Source: Spirochaetia bacterium (lineage in GTDB: Bacteria > Spirochaetota > Spirochaetia > SZUA-6 > Bin103). Taken from it: 64,000 bases of DNA. Where the stretch lies: contig CBDATQ010000001.1 in the NCBI GenBank assembly GCA_965199955.1, positions 576,001-640,000 of the forward strand, read 5' to 3'. The translations under genes were made by a program, and so were the position numbers. Below, in pieces: positions 9,679 through 20,299 of this stretch (position 1 is the first letter of the stretch; every line of letters begins with the position of its first letter). The notes beneath the pieces were generated by a model that worked only from the letters and a program-made list of their open reading frames with translations, ran no database searches and was not told the DNA's origin.

Positions 9679-10906
9679 CGGCCAGGTCCTCCTCGATCGT
9701 GTCGCTGCCCCGCAGCAGCATCACGCGCCCGCCGCGGTTGCGGACCGTGTTGAAGTACTGCTCGGCGTCGTGCAGCGCGCGCGGGCTGCGGCCGGTGCCG
9801 TTGAAGATCACGCCGGTCACCTGCTTGGAGCTCACCGACGCCTCGATGATCGTGAACAGCTCGGGGTCCAGGTGGTGGGTCAGGAACATGACCGCCTCCG
9901 CGTCGTCGGCGCGCGCCTCCCAGTCGGCCCAGAACAGCCGTGCCGGCGACATGCTGTCGCGGAACGCGAGCTGGAAGTTCTCCTCGTAGAGCCGGTCGAA
10001 CTCGTCCAGGTGTTGTCCGGAGAACGCGTACACGCCCTGCCTGACGGCCGCGCGGACCGAGGTGGGCACGCCCATCGACAGGAAGTGGCGGACCACGGCC
10101 AGCAGCGCCTCGATCGTCACGTCCTCGACCGCCAGGACCGGCGCGTCGCCGGCGTCCGCGGCCGGCATGCGCAGGTCGACGTAGATCGTCACCGCCGGCT
10201 CCGAGCTGGCCTGGTACTGGCGGACGAACGGCTTGCCGATGGCCGCGAACTTCCGCCAGGCGATGTGGCGGGCAGGTTCCCCGTGGCGCGCCTCGCGGAG
10301 CTGGGTGAACATGGCGTAGTCGGGCTCGCCCACCATCGACTCGCGCCGGCCCGCGTGCGGATGCGCCTCGTCGCCGGCGGCCAGGCGGGCGATCTTCAGC
10401 ACCCGCGGATAGACCTGGAACTCCCGGAAGGTCACCGCGGGCCGCGCCGTGAACAGGCGCAACGGGTCGCGCAGGGTGACGCGCCGCATGCCGATCGTGT
10501 AGATCCCGCGGTAGGGGAGCCGGATCGGGTAGTCACGATCGATCACGGCGCTGCCGCCCAGGTACATCGACAGGTCGGGAAGCACGGTCTCCTCCAGCGG
10601 GCGCACCACCTTGAACTCCACATGGAGCTGCGAGATCGGGATCACCGAGCGGTTCTCGAGGCGAAACGAGTAGACCATGTCCTCGCCCTTGACCGGGTGC
10701 GCGCTGGAGAACTTCTGCCCGAAGGCCAGGGACGAGGCGGCCACGTGAAGGGCCACGAAGGAGAAGAGCGGCACCAGCAGCAGCATGATCGCCAGCGCGA
10801 CAAAGAACCCGCCCAGGTAAGCGGCCGCCAGGTAGGCGATGACCAGGGTGGCGGCGTAGAAGCCGAGCGCCCGCGTCCGTTGACCGACCGTGAAGGACCG
10901 GGTCAT
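9629..10906 (-). CDS. DUF58 domain protein
   Basis: RGIY...DPL, VYPR and LRE...GEPARHIAWRK motifs; start ATG 10906 (track gives 10924). Confidence 0.85.
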   Translation of the reverse strand: MTRSFTVGQRTRALGFYAATLVIAYLAAAYLGGFFVALAIMLLLVPLFSFVALHVAASSLAFGQKFSSAHPVKGEDMVYSFRLENRSVIPISQLHVEFKVVRPLEETVLPDLSMYLGGSAVIDRDYPIRLPYRGIYTIGMRRVTLRDPLRLFTARPAVTFREFQVYPRVLKIARLAAGDEAHPHAGRRESMVGEPDYAMFTQLREARHGEPARHIAWRKFAAIGKPFVRQYQASSEPAVTIYVDLRMPAADAGDAPVLAVEDVTIEALLAVVRHFLSMGVPTSVRAAVRQGVYAFSGQHLDEFDRLYEENFQLAFRDSMSPARLFWADWEARADDAEAVMFLTHHLDPELFTIIEASVSSKQVTGVIFNGTGRSPRALHDAEQYFNTVRNRGGRVMLLRGSDTIEEDLAGGDLRATAPLALGRSA

Positions 10907-11083
10907 CGCGTGTGAATCTACCACGCCCCGGTCACCGTCGCCTGCGGCTCCGCTGACCGGCCCATCCCCACCTGGCCGGGAGTCCGTCGCACCGCCCGCT
11001 CGCGCGGCCGTCGCGCCAGAATCCCGGCACCAAATGCCTGCGCTGACTCATTGCCGGAGGCGGTGATACGATGGCGGCTTGTC

Positions 11084-11938
11084 ATGCAGGACGTTTCTCT
11101 GACGCTCGAAGGCAAGTCGTTCGTGGTCACCGGCGGCGCGCTTGGCATCGGCGGCGCCATCTCCGACGCGGCGGCCGCGGCCGGCGCCAGAGTGCTGGTG
11201 GTCGACCGCGACGCCGGCGCGGGCGCGGCACGGGTCGACCGGATCACCGCGGCGGGCGGCACCGCCGTGTTTCTTCAGGCCGACCTGGCCACCCACGCCG
11301 GCTGCCGGGCCGCCGTGGACGAGACGGTGGCCGCCTTCGGAACCGTCGACGTGCTGTGCAACAACGTGGGCATCCAGCCACCCGCGTCCTACCAGACCGC
11401 GGAGGACACGACCGAGGAGATGTGGGACCAGATCATGGCGGTCAACGTGAAGAGCTACTTCCTGACCGCCAAGTACGCCATCCCCCACATGCGCAGCCGC
11501 GGCGGCGGGGCGATCATCAACATCGCCAGCGTGCAGGGACTGCAGTCGGCGCCGCTGGTCCCGGCGTATGCCGCCAGCAAGGGCGCGGCCCTGTCGCTGA
11601 CCCGCCAGATGGCGATCGACTACGCGCGCGAGAACATCCGCGTGCTGGCCGTCTGCCCCGGCAGCATCGACACGCCGCTGCTGCGCGCCGCGGTGGCCAT
11701 GGCGGGCGGTGACCTGGAGCAGTCCGTGCACGACGTGGGACTGGGCCATCCGCTGGGGCGCACCGGGCAGCCCGAGGAGATCGCATCGGTCGTGGTGTTC
11801 CTGGCCGGCTCGGGCGCGTCGTTCATGACCGGCGAGTACGTCTGCGTCGACGGCGGCTACAACGCGTTGGGCGCCTGGGCGCAGCCACGCGAACCGGGCG
11901 CAGCGGCTGCGGGCGCAGCGGCCGGCGGCGACGCGTGA
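11084..11938 (+). CDS. Short-chain dehydrogenase/reductase
   Basis: TGGALGIG, NNVGI, YAASK and PGSIDT motifs. Confidence 0.93.
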   Translation: MQDVSLTLEGKSFVVTGGALGIGGAISDAAAAAGARVLVVDRDAGAGAARVDRITAAGGTAVFLQADLATHAGCRAAVDETVAAFGTVDVLCNNVGIQPPASYQTAEDTTEEMWDQIMAVNVKSYFLTAKYAIPHMRSRGGGAIINIASVQGLQSAPLVPAYAASKGAALSLTRQMAIDYARENIRVLAVCPGSIDTPLLRAAVAMAGGDLEQSVHDVGLGHPLGRTGQPEEIASVVVFLAGSGASFMTGEYVCVDGGYNALGAWAQPREPGAAAAGAAAGGDA

Positions 11939-12726
11939 GCGACGGCCTGGACGGCCGCGTGGCGGTCGTCACCGGCGGCGCCGGCGGCATCGGCCGTACC
12001 GTGTGCCGGCATTTCGCAGAGCGCGGCGCACGCGTGACGGTCGCCGACCTGGACGCCGACCGGGCGGCGGAGACGGCCGCCGAGTGCGGCGAGGAGCAGG
12101 CGATCGGGGTGCAGGTCGACGTCGTCGATCCCGGCTCGGCCGCGGACTGCGTGGCGGCCACCGTCGAACGCTTCGGACGCGTCGACTGCCTCGTGTACTG
12201 CGCCGGCAACAACATCAAGGGACCGGCCCTGGAGCTGAGCCTGGAGGACTGGCGCAGTGCGCTCGACACTCACCTGACCGGCGCGTTCGTCTTCTGCCAG
12301 GCCGTGGGACGGCGCCTGGTGGCGCAGGGAGAGGGGGGCCGCATCGTGCTGCTCTCGTCCGTGGCGGCGTGGGCGCCGATCCCGCAGCGCGGCGCCTACA
12401 GCCCGTCCAAGGCGGGGCTGGTGAGCCTTGCGCAGGTGTTGTCGGTGGAGTGGGCGGAGCACCGGATCAACGTCAACGCGGTCTGCCCCGGCGTGGCCAA
12501 GACACCGATGACCGATATGGTGTATTCACGTGACCCAGAGTTGAAGCGAACCCGCCGGAACCGGATGCCGATTCCCCGCGAGGTGCTGCCGGAAGAGATC
12601 GCCGACCTGGTTGTCTTCCTGTGCGGCGCCGGCTCGGCCTACATCAACGGGGCGGCGATTCCGATCGACGGCGGCTTCCTCAACTCGGGGTTCATGCCGG
12701 AGCGGAACCGCGACGAGCACTCTTGA
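11935..12726 (+). CDS. Short-chain dehydrogenase/reductase
   Basis: TGGAGGIG, YSPSK and NAVCPG motifs; GTGA coupling to the upstream SDR. Confidence 0.93.
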   Translation: MSDGLDGRVAVVTGGAGGIGRTVCRHFAERGARVTVADLDADRAAETAAECGEEQAIGVQVDVVDPGSAADCVAATVERFGRVDCLVYCAGNNIKGPALELSLEDWRSALDTHLTGAFVFCQAVGRRLVAQGEGGRIVLLSSVAAWAPIPQRGAYSPSKAGLVSLAQVLSVEWAEHRINVNAVCPGVAKTPMTDMVYSRDPELKRTRRNRMPIPREVLPEEIADLVVFLCGAGSAYINGAAIPIDGGFLNSGFMPERNRDEHS

Positions 12727-12755
12727 GGAATCCATAGGGTAAGGAGCAAAGGAAC

Positions 12756-13004
12756 ATGGCGGACAAGGACAAGAAACTACAGGACCTCGACCAGCGGCTG
12801 ATCGGCGTGATCATCGGTGCCGTCGGTCTGGTGCTGTTCGTGCTGGGCGTGGTAGGCGCGCTACGGGTCACCTTCCTGGGGGTGATCGGCGTGGTCGTCG
12901 GCGTCATCGTCTACTTCGTCGGCGTCAGCAACAAGAAGAAGTGGGAAGAGGTGAAGAAGGACCTGTACCCGGAAGGTGAAGACGCAGGCGGGCAGAGCAG
13001 GTAG
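12756..13004 (+). CDS. Small two-TM membrane protein of unknown function
   Basis: AAGGA RBS, two hydrophobic segments, GC3-rich codons. Confidence 0.75.
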   Translation: MADKDKKLQDLDQRLIGVIIGAVGLVLFVLGVVGALRVTFLGVIGVVVGVIVYFVGVSNKKKWEEVKKDLYPEGEDAGGQSR

Positions 13005-13081
13005 CGCCCCGAAACCGTCACGGCCAATGGTGGGGAGTCCGCTTCCGCCGCCGGAAACGGCCATGACCGTATACTCCAGTG

Positions 13082-14218
13082 ATGACCCAGGCAGGCGCGG
13101 TGCAGGGCCTGTCGGTCCGCCCGGCGCGGCGTGCCGACATGCGTGCGTTCGTCAGGTTCCCGTGGACGATCTACCGGGACGATCCGCATTGGGTGCCGCC
13201 GCTGATCCGGCGCGAGCGGCGGCGCCTGAGCCCGGCGGCCAACCCGTTCTTCGAGCACGCGTCCATCCAGCCGTTCGTGGCGATTCGGGACCGCCGCATG
13301 GCCGGCCGCATCGCCGCGATCATCGACGATCGCCACAACGAGTATCACGGCGAAACCGCCGGATTCTTCGGCTTCTTCGAGTGCGTGGACGACGCGGAAG
13401 TGGCCGCGGAGCTGTTGCAGGCAGCGGGAGACTGGCTGCGCGTCCGCGGCATGACCGTAATGCGCGGGCCGTTCAACCCGGCCACCAGCGACTCCCTTGG
13501 CATCCTCGTGGACGGCTTCGGCAGCCCGCCGGCCTTCCTGATGGCCTACAACCCGCCGTACTACCCCGGCTTGCTGGAACGGGTGGGACTGGGCAAGGCA
13601 CGGGACCTGTACGCCTACTACATGCACTCATCGGAATCGGAGATACCGCCCAAGATCGCCCGCGTGGCGGCTGCGGTGCGCAAGCGCCAGGGGGTGAGCG
13701 TGCGCGGGGGGGACCCGCGGCGCATTCGCGCCGAAATGGATCTGATCAAGCTGATCCACAACGAGGCCTCGGGCCGCAACTGGGGATTCGTCCCAAAGAC
13801 GGAGGCGGAGCTGGACCGCATGGCCCGCGATCTGAAACGTCTGGTCGATCCGGAGCTGGCGCTGTTCGCATTCGTGCATGGCGAGCCGGCCGGCTTCTCG
13901 CTGGCCCTGCCGGACTGGAACCAGGCGTTCCGCAACCTCAACGGCCGCCTGTTCCCGTTCGGCTACCTGAAGCTGCTGCGTGACCGGCGCCACATCAACC
14001 TGCTGCGCGTGTACACGACCGGCGTGCGGCCGCGCTTCCGCAACCTGGGGCTGGACGCGATCTTCTACTACGAGACCTGGGTGCGCGGCGTCGGCCGGGG
14101 CCTGCTGGGCGGCGAGTTCTCCTGGGTGCTGGAGGACAACGTCAACATGCGCAACACCCTGGAGAACATGGGCGCACGCAGGCACAAGACCTACCGCATC
14201 TACGAACGCCCACTGTAG
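13082..14218 (+). CDS. GNAT-family N-acetyltransferase-like protein
   Basis: DPHWVPPL, GRIAA, FGFFEC, YNPPYY and SWVLEDN motifs typical of this family. Confidence 0.8.
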   Translation: MTQAGAVQGLSVRPARRADMRAFVRFPWTIYRDDPHWVPPLIRRERRRLSPAANPFFEHASIQPFVAIRDRRMAGRIAAIIDDRHNEYHGETAGFFGFFECVDDAEVAAELLQAAGDWLRVRGMTVMRGPFNPATSDSLGILVDGFGSPPAFLMAYNPPYYPGLLERVGLGKARDLYAYYMHSSESEIPPKIARVAAAVRKRQGVSVRGGDPRRIRAEMDLIKLIHNEASGRNWGFVPKTEAELDRMARDLKRLVDPELALFAFVHGEPAGFSLALPDWNQAFRNLNGRLFPFGYLKLLRDRRHINLLRVYTTGVRPRFRNLGLDAIFYYETWVRGVGRGLLGGEFSWVLEDNVNMRNTLENMGARRHKTYRIYERPL

Positions 14219-14291
14219 CCAAGGCCGCTGCCTCCGCAGTCGTCGCTTGCGATTTGACCGCCGGGGAGCGCGCCGGTAGCATCCCGGCCTC

Positions 14292-14862
14292 ATGTCGGTA
14301 CTGGAAACTATCGCCGAACGGCGCTCGATCTTCGACTTTCAGCCGACGGCCGTGCCGCGCGAACGGATCGAGCGCGCGCTGCAGGCGGCGGTCTGGGCTC
14401 CCAATCACAAGCTGACCGAACCGTGGCGGTTCATCGTCGTCGGCCCGGAGTGCAAGCGCCGGCTCGGCGACGTCTACGCGCGCATCAAGCAGGACGACGT
14501 GCCGGTCGACATCGCGCCGGAGGCGATGAGCGAGATCGGCCGCAAGGCGATCAGGAAGCTCATGAGCAAGCCGACGGTGATGGCCGTGACCTGCACCGTG
14601 TCGGGCGATCCCTTCCTTGACCGGGAGGACTATGCCGCCACCTGCTGCGCGATCCAGAACATCATGCTGGCGGCGTGGGAGGATGGCATCGGCATGCAGT
14701 GGAGCACCAGCGGCCTGATTGCGGACGAAGAGGCGCTGTCGGTGCTGGGCGTCGACCCCGAGCGGGAACAGGTGGTCGGGCCTGCTGTACGCAGGCTTCG
14801 CCGAACGGGTGCCGACCTCGGCGCGCAAACCCGCCGCCGAGCTCACCACCTGGCTGTCCTGA
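14292..14862 (+). CDS. Nitroreductase family protein; apparent +1 frameshift near 14779
   Basis: RRSI, APNHKLTEPWRF and AIQNIMLAAW motifs; a plausible C-terminus (LLYAGFAERVPTSARKPAAELTTWLS*) lies in another frame. Confidence 0.82.
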
Positions 14863-14875
14863 GGTCCATCTGAAC

Positions 14876-15979
14876 ATGAACGCAACCACTTCGATCGGAC
14901 TGCCCGTCGCCGAGCTCGACACGCCCGCCCTGCTCGTCGACCTGGACCTGCTGGACCGCAACATCGAACGCATCGCCGGCGTCGTGATCGACGACGCCGG
15001 AATCGGCTGGCGCCCGCATACCAAGGGGCTGAAGACCCCGGCGCTGGCGCACAAGTTGATCGCGCGCGGCGCGCTGGGCGTGACCTGCGCCAAGCTGGGC
15101 GAGGCGGAGGTCATGGCCTCGGCCGGCGTCAAGGACATCCTGGTCGCCAACCAGGTGGTGGGACCGGCCAAGACTCGGCGCTTGGCGCACCTGTGCCGCG
15201 GGGGCGCCGACGTGGTCGTCGCCGTCGACTCGGAGACCGGCATACGGCAGATAGGCGAGGCGGCCACCGCCGCCGGCAGCGAGGTGCGGGTCGTGGTCGA
15301 GCTGAACGTCGGCATGGACCGGGCCGGCGTCGCCCCGGGGGAGGAGGCGGTGCGCATGGCGCGCGTCGCCGCCGATACGCCGGCCGTGAAGCTGGCCGGG
15401 CTGATGGCGTGGGAGGGCCACACCCTCGGCATCGAGCCGATCGAGGCGAAGCGCAAGGCGATTCAAGCGGCGGTGGGCCTCCTGACCGACAGCGCCGACC
15501 GCTGCCGCGCGGCGGGAATGCCCATCGACATCGTGAGCTGCGGCGGCACCGGCAGCTACTGGATCACCGCCCGCCAGCCGGGCGTGACCGAGGTCCAGGC
15601 CGGCGGCGGCGTGCTCGGCGACGCCATGTACCGCCAGCGGTTCGGCGTCGACCACGACTGCGCGCTGCGTATCGCCGCCACGGTCACCAGTCGGCCGACC
15701 CCGCAGCGGGTCATCTGCGACGCCGGCCGCAAGACCATGAGCGTGGAGCCCACCACGCCGCAGGTGCAGGGCATCGCGGTCACGGAAGCGAAGTTCTCCG
15801 CCGAGCACGGCTCGCTGACCCTGGCCGAGCCGTCGGCGGAGCCCGGCGTCGGCGAGCGGCTGGAGTTCATCGCCGGCTACTCGGACACCACCGTCTTCCT
15901 GCACGACACGATCTACGCGACGCGCGACGGCGTCGTGGAAGCGGTCTGGCCGCTCTTGGGTCGCGGCAGGCTGACGTGA
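14876..15979 (+). CDS. DSD1/D-threonine aldolase family PLP enzyme
   Basis: DTPALLVDLD, RPHTK, CAKLGEAE, SCGGTGS, DAGRK and SAEHG motifs. Confidence 0.9.
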   Translation: MNATTSIGLPVAELDTPALLVDLDLLDRNIERIAGVVIDDAGIGWRPHTKGLKTPALAHKLIARGALGVTCAKLGEAEVMASAGVKDILVANQVVGPAKTRRLAHLCRGGADVVVAVDSETGIRQIGEAATAAGSEVRVVVELNVGMDRAGVAPGEEAVRMARVAADTPAVKLAGLMAWEGHTLGIEPIEAKRKAIQAAVGLLTDSADRCRAAGMPIDIVSCGGTGSYWITARQPGVTEVQAGGGVLGDAMYRQRFGVDHDCALRIAATVTSRPTPQRVICDAGRKTMSVEPTTPQVQGIAVTEAKFSAEHGSLTLAEPSAEPGVGERLEFIAGYSDTTVFLHDTIYATRDGVVEAVWPLLGRGRLT

Positions 15980-16059
15980 GGAGCTGCGCCGACACGCATT
16001 AGCCCGTCGCGCGAGACCGTGGAGATGCTTCCGTGCTCCCAGGGAAGACGCTGCCTGCG

Positions 16060-17190
16060 TTACGCCTGGCATACCTCCCGCACTATGCGGCGGTAGACGT
16101 CGACGGCGCGGTGGAGCTGCGCCAGCTCGATCCATTCGCCGTCGGTGTGGGCCTGGGCGATGTCGCCGGGACCCATCACCACGAGCTGCACGCGCTCCTT
16201 GAAGGCGTGCGCGTCTGTCCCGTACGGGACGGTCCTGGCGCGCTCGGCGCCGGTGGCGGCCAGCGCGGTGCGCACGACCTCGGAGTCCGGGTCGACCTGG
16301 AACGGCGTGCCGGCGTGGGCGTCGACCTCCAGGCCGTGCGCGCGGGCGCGCTCCGACACCATCTCGAGCACGTCCTGCGTGCGGTCGCCGGGCGCGGGGC
16401 GGAAGGACACGGTGCAGACCGCCTTGGGTGCGCTGACGTTGGGACGGGTGCCGAAGTCGGTGTAGACGACGTTGAAGCCGTTGGTGGGCGGGTCGAAGTC
16501 GCGGTTCCAGAAGCTCTCGTCGGTGCGGAAGGTCTCCGCCAGTCCCGGCAGCTCGGCCAGGAAGGGAGCCATCAGCAGGTTGGCCGACACGCCGCGGCCG
16601 GTGGACGTGTGCGCGGCGCGTCCGTGCGCGGTGACGATCACGCGCGCGCCGCCCTTGTGGGCGTACACCGGCACCATGCGGGTCGGCTCGGCGATGACCC
16701 CGCAGCGCGGCAGCTCGGCGTTGTAGAGCTCCGAGTCCTGATCGATCTGCCGTGCGCCGCGGCCGGAGATCTCCTCGTCCGCCGTGGCCGCCACGTACAC
16801 CGCGCGTTCGAGATGCTCGTCCCGCAGCGCCGCTGTCGCGCACAGCGTGGCCGCCAGCGGTCCCTTCATGTCGCAGCTTCCCAGGCCGATCAGCCGGTCG
16901 TCGCGCACCACGGGGCTGTGCGGGTCGGTCGACCAGCCGTCGCCAGGCACGGTGTCCACGTGCGAGTAGAACGCCAGCCCGCCGGCGCCGCTTCCCTTCT
17001 TGCCGATCACGCTGTCCTTGCGCACGCCGGCGTCGTCGCGATAGGTCAGTCGCTCGATCTCGAAGTCGTGGCGCTCCATGAAGCGCTCGACGACGTCGCA
17101 TACCGGCGCGCTGGACACGCGACTGACCGAGTCTATCGCGACCAAATCCTTCGTCAGGGCTACGGGGTCCGCCCCGAGGGAATCAGACAT
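16060..17190 (-). CDS. M20 family amidohydrolase (ArgE-like)
   Basis: SHVDTVP, GSCDMKG, DEE, IAEPT and QAHTDGE motifs. Confidence 0.9.
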   Translation of the reverse strand: MSDSLGADPVALTKDLVAIDSVSRVSSAPVCDVVERFMERHDFEIERLTYRDDAGVRKDSVIGKKGSGAGGLAFYSHVDTVPGDGWSTDPHSPVVRDDRLIGLGSCDMKGPLAATLCATAALRDEHLERAVYVAATADEEISGRGARQIDQDSELYNAELPRCGVIAEPTRMVPVYAHKGGARVIVTAHGRAAHTSTGRGVSANLLMAPFLAELPGLAETFRTDESFWNRDFDPPTNGFNVVYTDFGTRPNVSAPKAVCTVSFRPAPGDRTQDVLEMVSERARAHGLEVDAHAGTPFQVDPDSEVVRTALAATGAERARTVPYGTDAHAFKERVQLVVMGPGDIAQAHTDGEWIELAQLHRAVDVYRRIVREVCQA

Positions 17191-18205
17191 CACCGCCACT
17201 CCCTGCCGGCGTGACCGGGCGGCCGATGCGCGCCGATTCGTAGAGCGCGTCCATCAGCTCGCTCTGGCGCACGCCGTCGGTGGGGCCGGTGGCCGGTTCC
17301 TCTGTCCCGCGGATCGCCGCCACGAAGTTGAGCGCCGTGGGCATCGCCTCGCCCGTACAGCTCAGATCGCCGACCTCTCCGTCGCCGTCGTAGGCGCGCA
17401 GCCAGCTCCCCGACCAGCCGTCGATCGCCACGCGGCCGCCGGAGAAGATGAACTCCATGCCGGAGGCGGACGCAGGGCAGTTGCCGGAGATGACGATGGT
17501 GGCCAGCACGCCGCTCTCGAAACGGGCCACCAGCGCGGAGTTGATGTCCACCGGCTGGTCCATGAAGTCGACCATGGCGTATACCTCGGTGGGACTGGAT
17601 TCCAGGGTCCAGATCAGGCTGTTCAGCAGGTGGGCGCCGGAGTCGTAGGCCTGCCCGCCGCCGGCCAGCACCGGGTCGCGCTTCCAGGGTCGGCCGCTGG
17701 AGGTGAGCTTCAGCCACGGCTGCGTCAGGTAACCGGTGACCAGTTCCAGCTTCCCCAGGCGCTCGGTTCGCACGATGGAGCGCAGCCGCTGGAAGGTCGG
17801 AGTGCAGGGCGTGTTGTAGCCGATCAGGAGCAGCTTGCCGGCCGCTTCCACCCGGTCGCGCAACGCGTAGGCGTCTGCCACGGTGGTGACCATCGGCTTC
17901 TCCACCAGCACGTGGCAGCCGGCGGCCAGCGCGCGCGAGGCGTGGTCGCAGTGCAGGCTGTGCGGCGTGGCGATCACGACGCCGTCCATGCCGGACTCGG
18001 CGTAGAGCGCCTCCTGATCGGTGAACAGGGCCGGGCGGGGCGCGTCCGGGATGTGCTCGGCGATGAAGCGTTCCATGATCGCGGTGTCGACGTCGCACAC
18101 GGCGGCCAGCTCGGCGCCGTCGGCGGCGACCAGGGACTGGGCGTGCCGGCGGGCGATGCCGCCGCAGCCGACCAGGCCGATCCGCAGGGGAGATTCGGGT
18201 GTCAT
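17183..18205 (-). CDS. Gfo/Idh/MocA family oxidoreductase
   Basis: GLVGCGGIA, VEKPM and GGGQAYDSGAH motifs. Confidence 0.92.
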   Translation of the reverse strand: MTPESPLRIGLVGCGGIARRHAQSLVAADGAELAAVCDVDTAIMERFIAEHIPDAPRPALFTDQEALYAESGMDGVVIATPHSLHCDHASRALAAGCHVLVEKPMVTTVADAYALRDRVEAAGKLLLIGYNTPCTPTFQRLRSIVRTERLGKLELVTGYLTQPWLKLTSSGRPWKRDPVLAGGGQAYDSGAHLLNSLIWTLESSPTEVYAMVDFMDQPVDINSALVARFESGVLATIVISGNCPASASGMEFIFSGGRVAIDGWSGSWLRAYDGDGEVGDLSCTGEAMPTALNFVAAIRGTEEPATGPTDGVRQSELMDALYESARIGRPVTPAGSGGDV

Positions 18206-18291
18206 GGGGCGGCATGGTAGAGGGAGCGCGCCCGGCTGCCCAGTGCGCGGCCGTGTCGGTCGACGATCGCTTCCAGCGCCGGCGGCGTGGT

Positions 18292-18858
18292 ATGAGTTGG
18301 GCGATGAAGCTGCCGCAGGCGATGCCGGAAGACGCCGGCCTGGAGCCGCGCCGCAAGGCGGTGATCGACGTGCTGAAGGACCGCTTCGCCCGTGGCGAGA
18401 TTGAGCTGGCCGAGTACGAGCGGCGCATCACCGCGGCCGCGGAGGCGCAGCGAGTGGGCGATCTGGCGGCGCTGGTGAGCGATCTGGGTCGCAGCGCCGT
18501 GCCGCCGAGCCTCCCGGAGGAGAAGCAGCAACTCGTGACGGTGATGAGTTCCCGCCACCAGCTCGGCGACTGGCTGCGTGCCGATGCGGTGGAGGTATTC
18601 GCGTTGATGGGGTCGGTCAGCCTGGACTTTACCGAGGTGCGGCCCGGCGACCGCCCGGTCGTGGTCGAGCTGCGCACCATGATGAGTGAGATCAGCTTCA
18701 AGGTGCCGCCCGGCATGCCGGTGCAGATGGACGTGAACACGATCATGGCGGACGCGTCGGTGCAACGGAGCGTCTCGACGGAGCCGGTGACCGGCCACGG
18801 CATCGTCGTGCGCGGCGTCGCGGTGATGGGCTCGGTCACGGCCCGCGTGCCGCGCTAA
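18292..18858 (+). CDS. DUF1707 (SHOCT-like) / LiaF-related protein
   Basis: LKDRFARGEIELAEYERRI...LAALVSDL N-domain; beta-rich MGSVSLDF C-domain; start uncertain. Confidence 0.75.
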   Translation: MSWAMKLPQAMPEDAGLEPRRKAVIDVLKDRFARGEIELAEYERRITAAAEAQRVGDLAALVSDLGRSAVPPSLPEEKQQLVTVMSSRHQLGDWLRADAVEVFALMGSVSLDFTEVRPGDRPVVVELRTMMSEISFKVPPGMPVQMDVNTIMADASVQRSVSTEPVTGHGIVVRGVAVMGSVTARVPR

Positions 18859-19542
18859 CCGAAGACCGCGAATACGCTGATCAGGTAGTAGCCGGCGATC
18901 GCCAGCATGGCGGCGCCGGCGACGCGGTTGATGATGCCCTTGTGACGTCCCAGGAAGCGGACGATCGTCTGGCTGAACGCCCCCGAGGCGAGCGCCAGCA
19001 CCAGCAGCGGCGTGCCGATGCCGATCGCGAAGATCACGAAGTTCAGCATGTTGACGCCGAACTCGCCCACCGACACGGCGAGCTGCTTGGAGAAGAAGGC
19101 GCCGATGAAGCCGGGGTTGCACGGCAGCACGATGAAGCCGAAGAAGGCGCCGTAGCCGAACGCGGCCAGCACCGGGTTGCTGGCGGTGGGCGCGCGCACC
19201 ACCGGCAGCAGGCGGCTGAAGTCGACGTTGAAGATCAGGAGCACGCCGATGACCGCCAGCACCGCGAAGGCGATCGGCGAAGCGACGGCGGTGACGCCGG
19301 TGAGCGACAGCTCCAGCAGCGTGGAGAAGACCAGTCCGATGCCGATCATGGCGGCGCTGACGCCGGCCACCACCGCCAGGCCCATGACCAGAGGCGCGCG
19401 CCGGGCGCCTTCCCGCTGGCCGGCCAGGAAGGCGATGAACCCCGGGTAGAGCGGCAGCACGCAGGCCGCCGTCAGCGGTGTGGCCAGCCCCAGCAGAAAG
19501 CTGGTGGCCAGGTTACCGAGCGTGGCGGGACCTCCCGGTCAC
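18855..19542 (-). CDS. ccdA: CcdA-like cytochrome c biogenesis/thiol-disulfide membrane protein; apparent frameshift just after the start
   Basis: FLLGLATPLTAACVLPLYP and VLPCNPG cysteine motifs; GTG 19542 is out of frame by one base. Confidence 0.78.
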
Positions 19543-19549
19543 CGGCCGC

Positions 19550-20155
19550 TCACGCGGAGCCGGCATCCGACCCGCCCTCGACTGCCGGACAGGCCGCGAT
19601 CTGTTCCTGCAGGAAGTCCGGCCGCTTGACGCCGCGCTTCGACAGCAGCGTTCGCTCGGTCTGTCCGGGGCAGATCAGGATCACCGGCGCCGACGGCGGG
19701 TTGAGCACGGCCACGCCGAACTCGTCGCGCAGCGACCGCGACAGCTCCACGGGGGAGACTGCGTACAGCCAGTCGAAGCCGTGGCGATCCAGGTGGCGGA
19801 CGACCTGTCTCTGCGTCTCGTTGGGGTCGGTGTTGATGGTGACGGAGATCACCGCGTCGCCGACCTCTTCGTGCAGGGCGGCGAGCTGCCGCTGCTGGCT
19901 GGTGCAGGTCGAGCACCAGACCGCGAAGGTCTCCAGCAGGATCGGCTTGTCCGCGAACTGCGCGAGCGTAAACGTGTCGCCGGTGCGGATGTTGGTGAGC
20001 TCGACGCCGAGCCAAGCGACGACCGGCTCGGGACCCGTCGATTCCTCGGTCGACTGCTCGTCGGCCGCGTAGGCGACCGCGCCGAGGGTGAGGAGCGCGC
20101 CTGCGATGAGGCTGGTAGTGGCGAGTCTGCGCCTGGTCCGTTTCATCCGTTTCAT
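19550..20155 (-). CDS. Exported thioredoxin-like (TlpA family) protein
   Basis: Signal-peptide-like N-terminus; FAVWCSTC CxxC motif; next to ccdA. Confidence 0.82.
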   Translation of the reverse strand: MKRMKRTRRRLATTSLIAGALLTLGAVAYAADEQSTEESTGPEPVVAWLGVELTNIRTGDTFTLAQFADKPILLETFAVWCSTCTSQQRQLAALHEEVGDAVISVTINTDPNETQRQVVRHLDRHGFDWLYAVSPVELSRSLRDEFGVAVLNPPSAPVILICPGQTERTLLSKRGVKRPDFLQEQIAACPAVEGGSDAGSA

Positions 20156-20299
20156 CCTTCTTGTGGTTCTACCAGTGGTGATCGTCCGAAGCATGCCGAT
20201 CTTACCCGTCAAGCGGGATGTCCGTCAGACTTCTTGAGCGCGCGCTCGAGCGCCCGCTCTTGAGCGGCCGGTACCGACCGGTCATGCTGTGCCCGGAAC

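Noticed and set aside
20234..20268. GAGCGC-rich palindromes between divergent genes
   Set aside because: Low-complexity GC palindromes are expected at this composition; no further support
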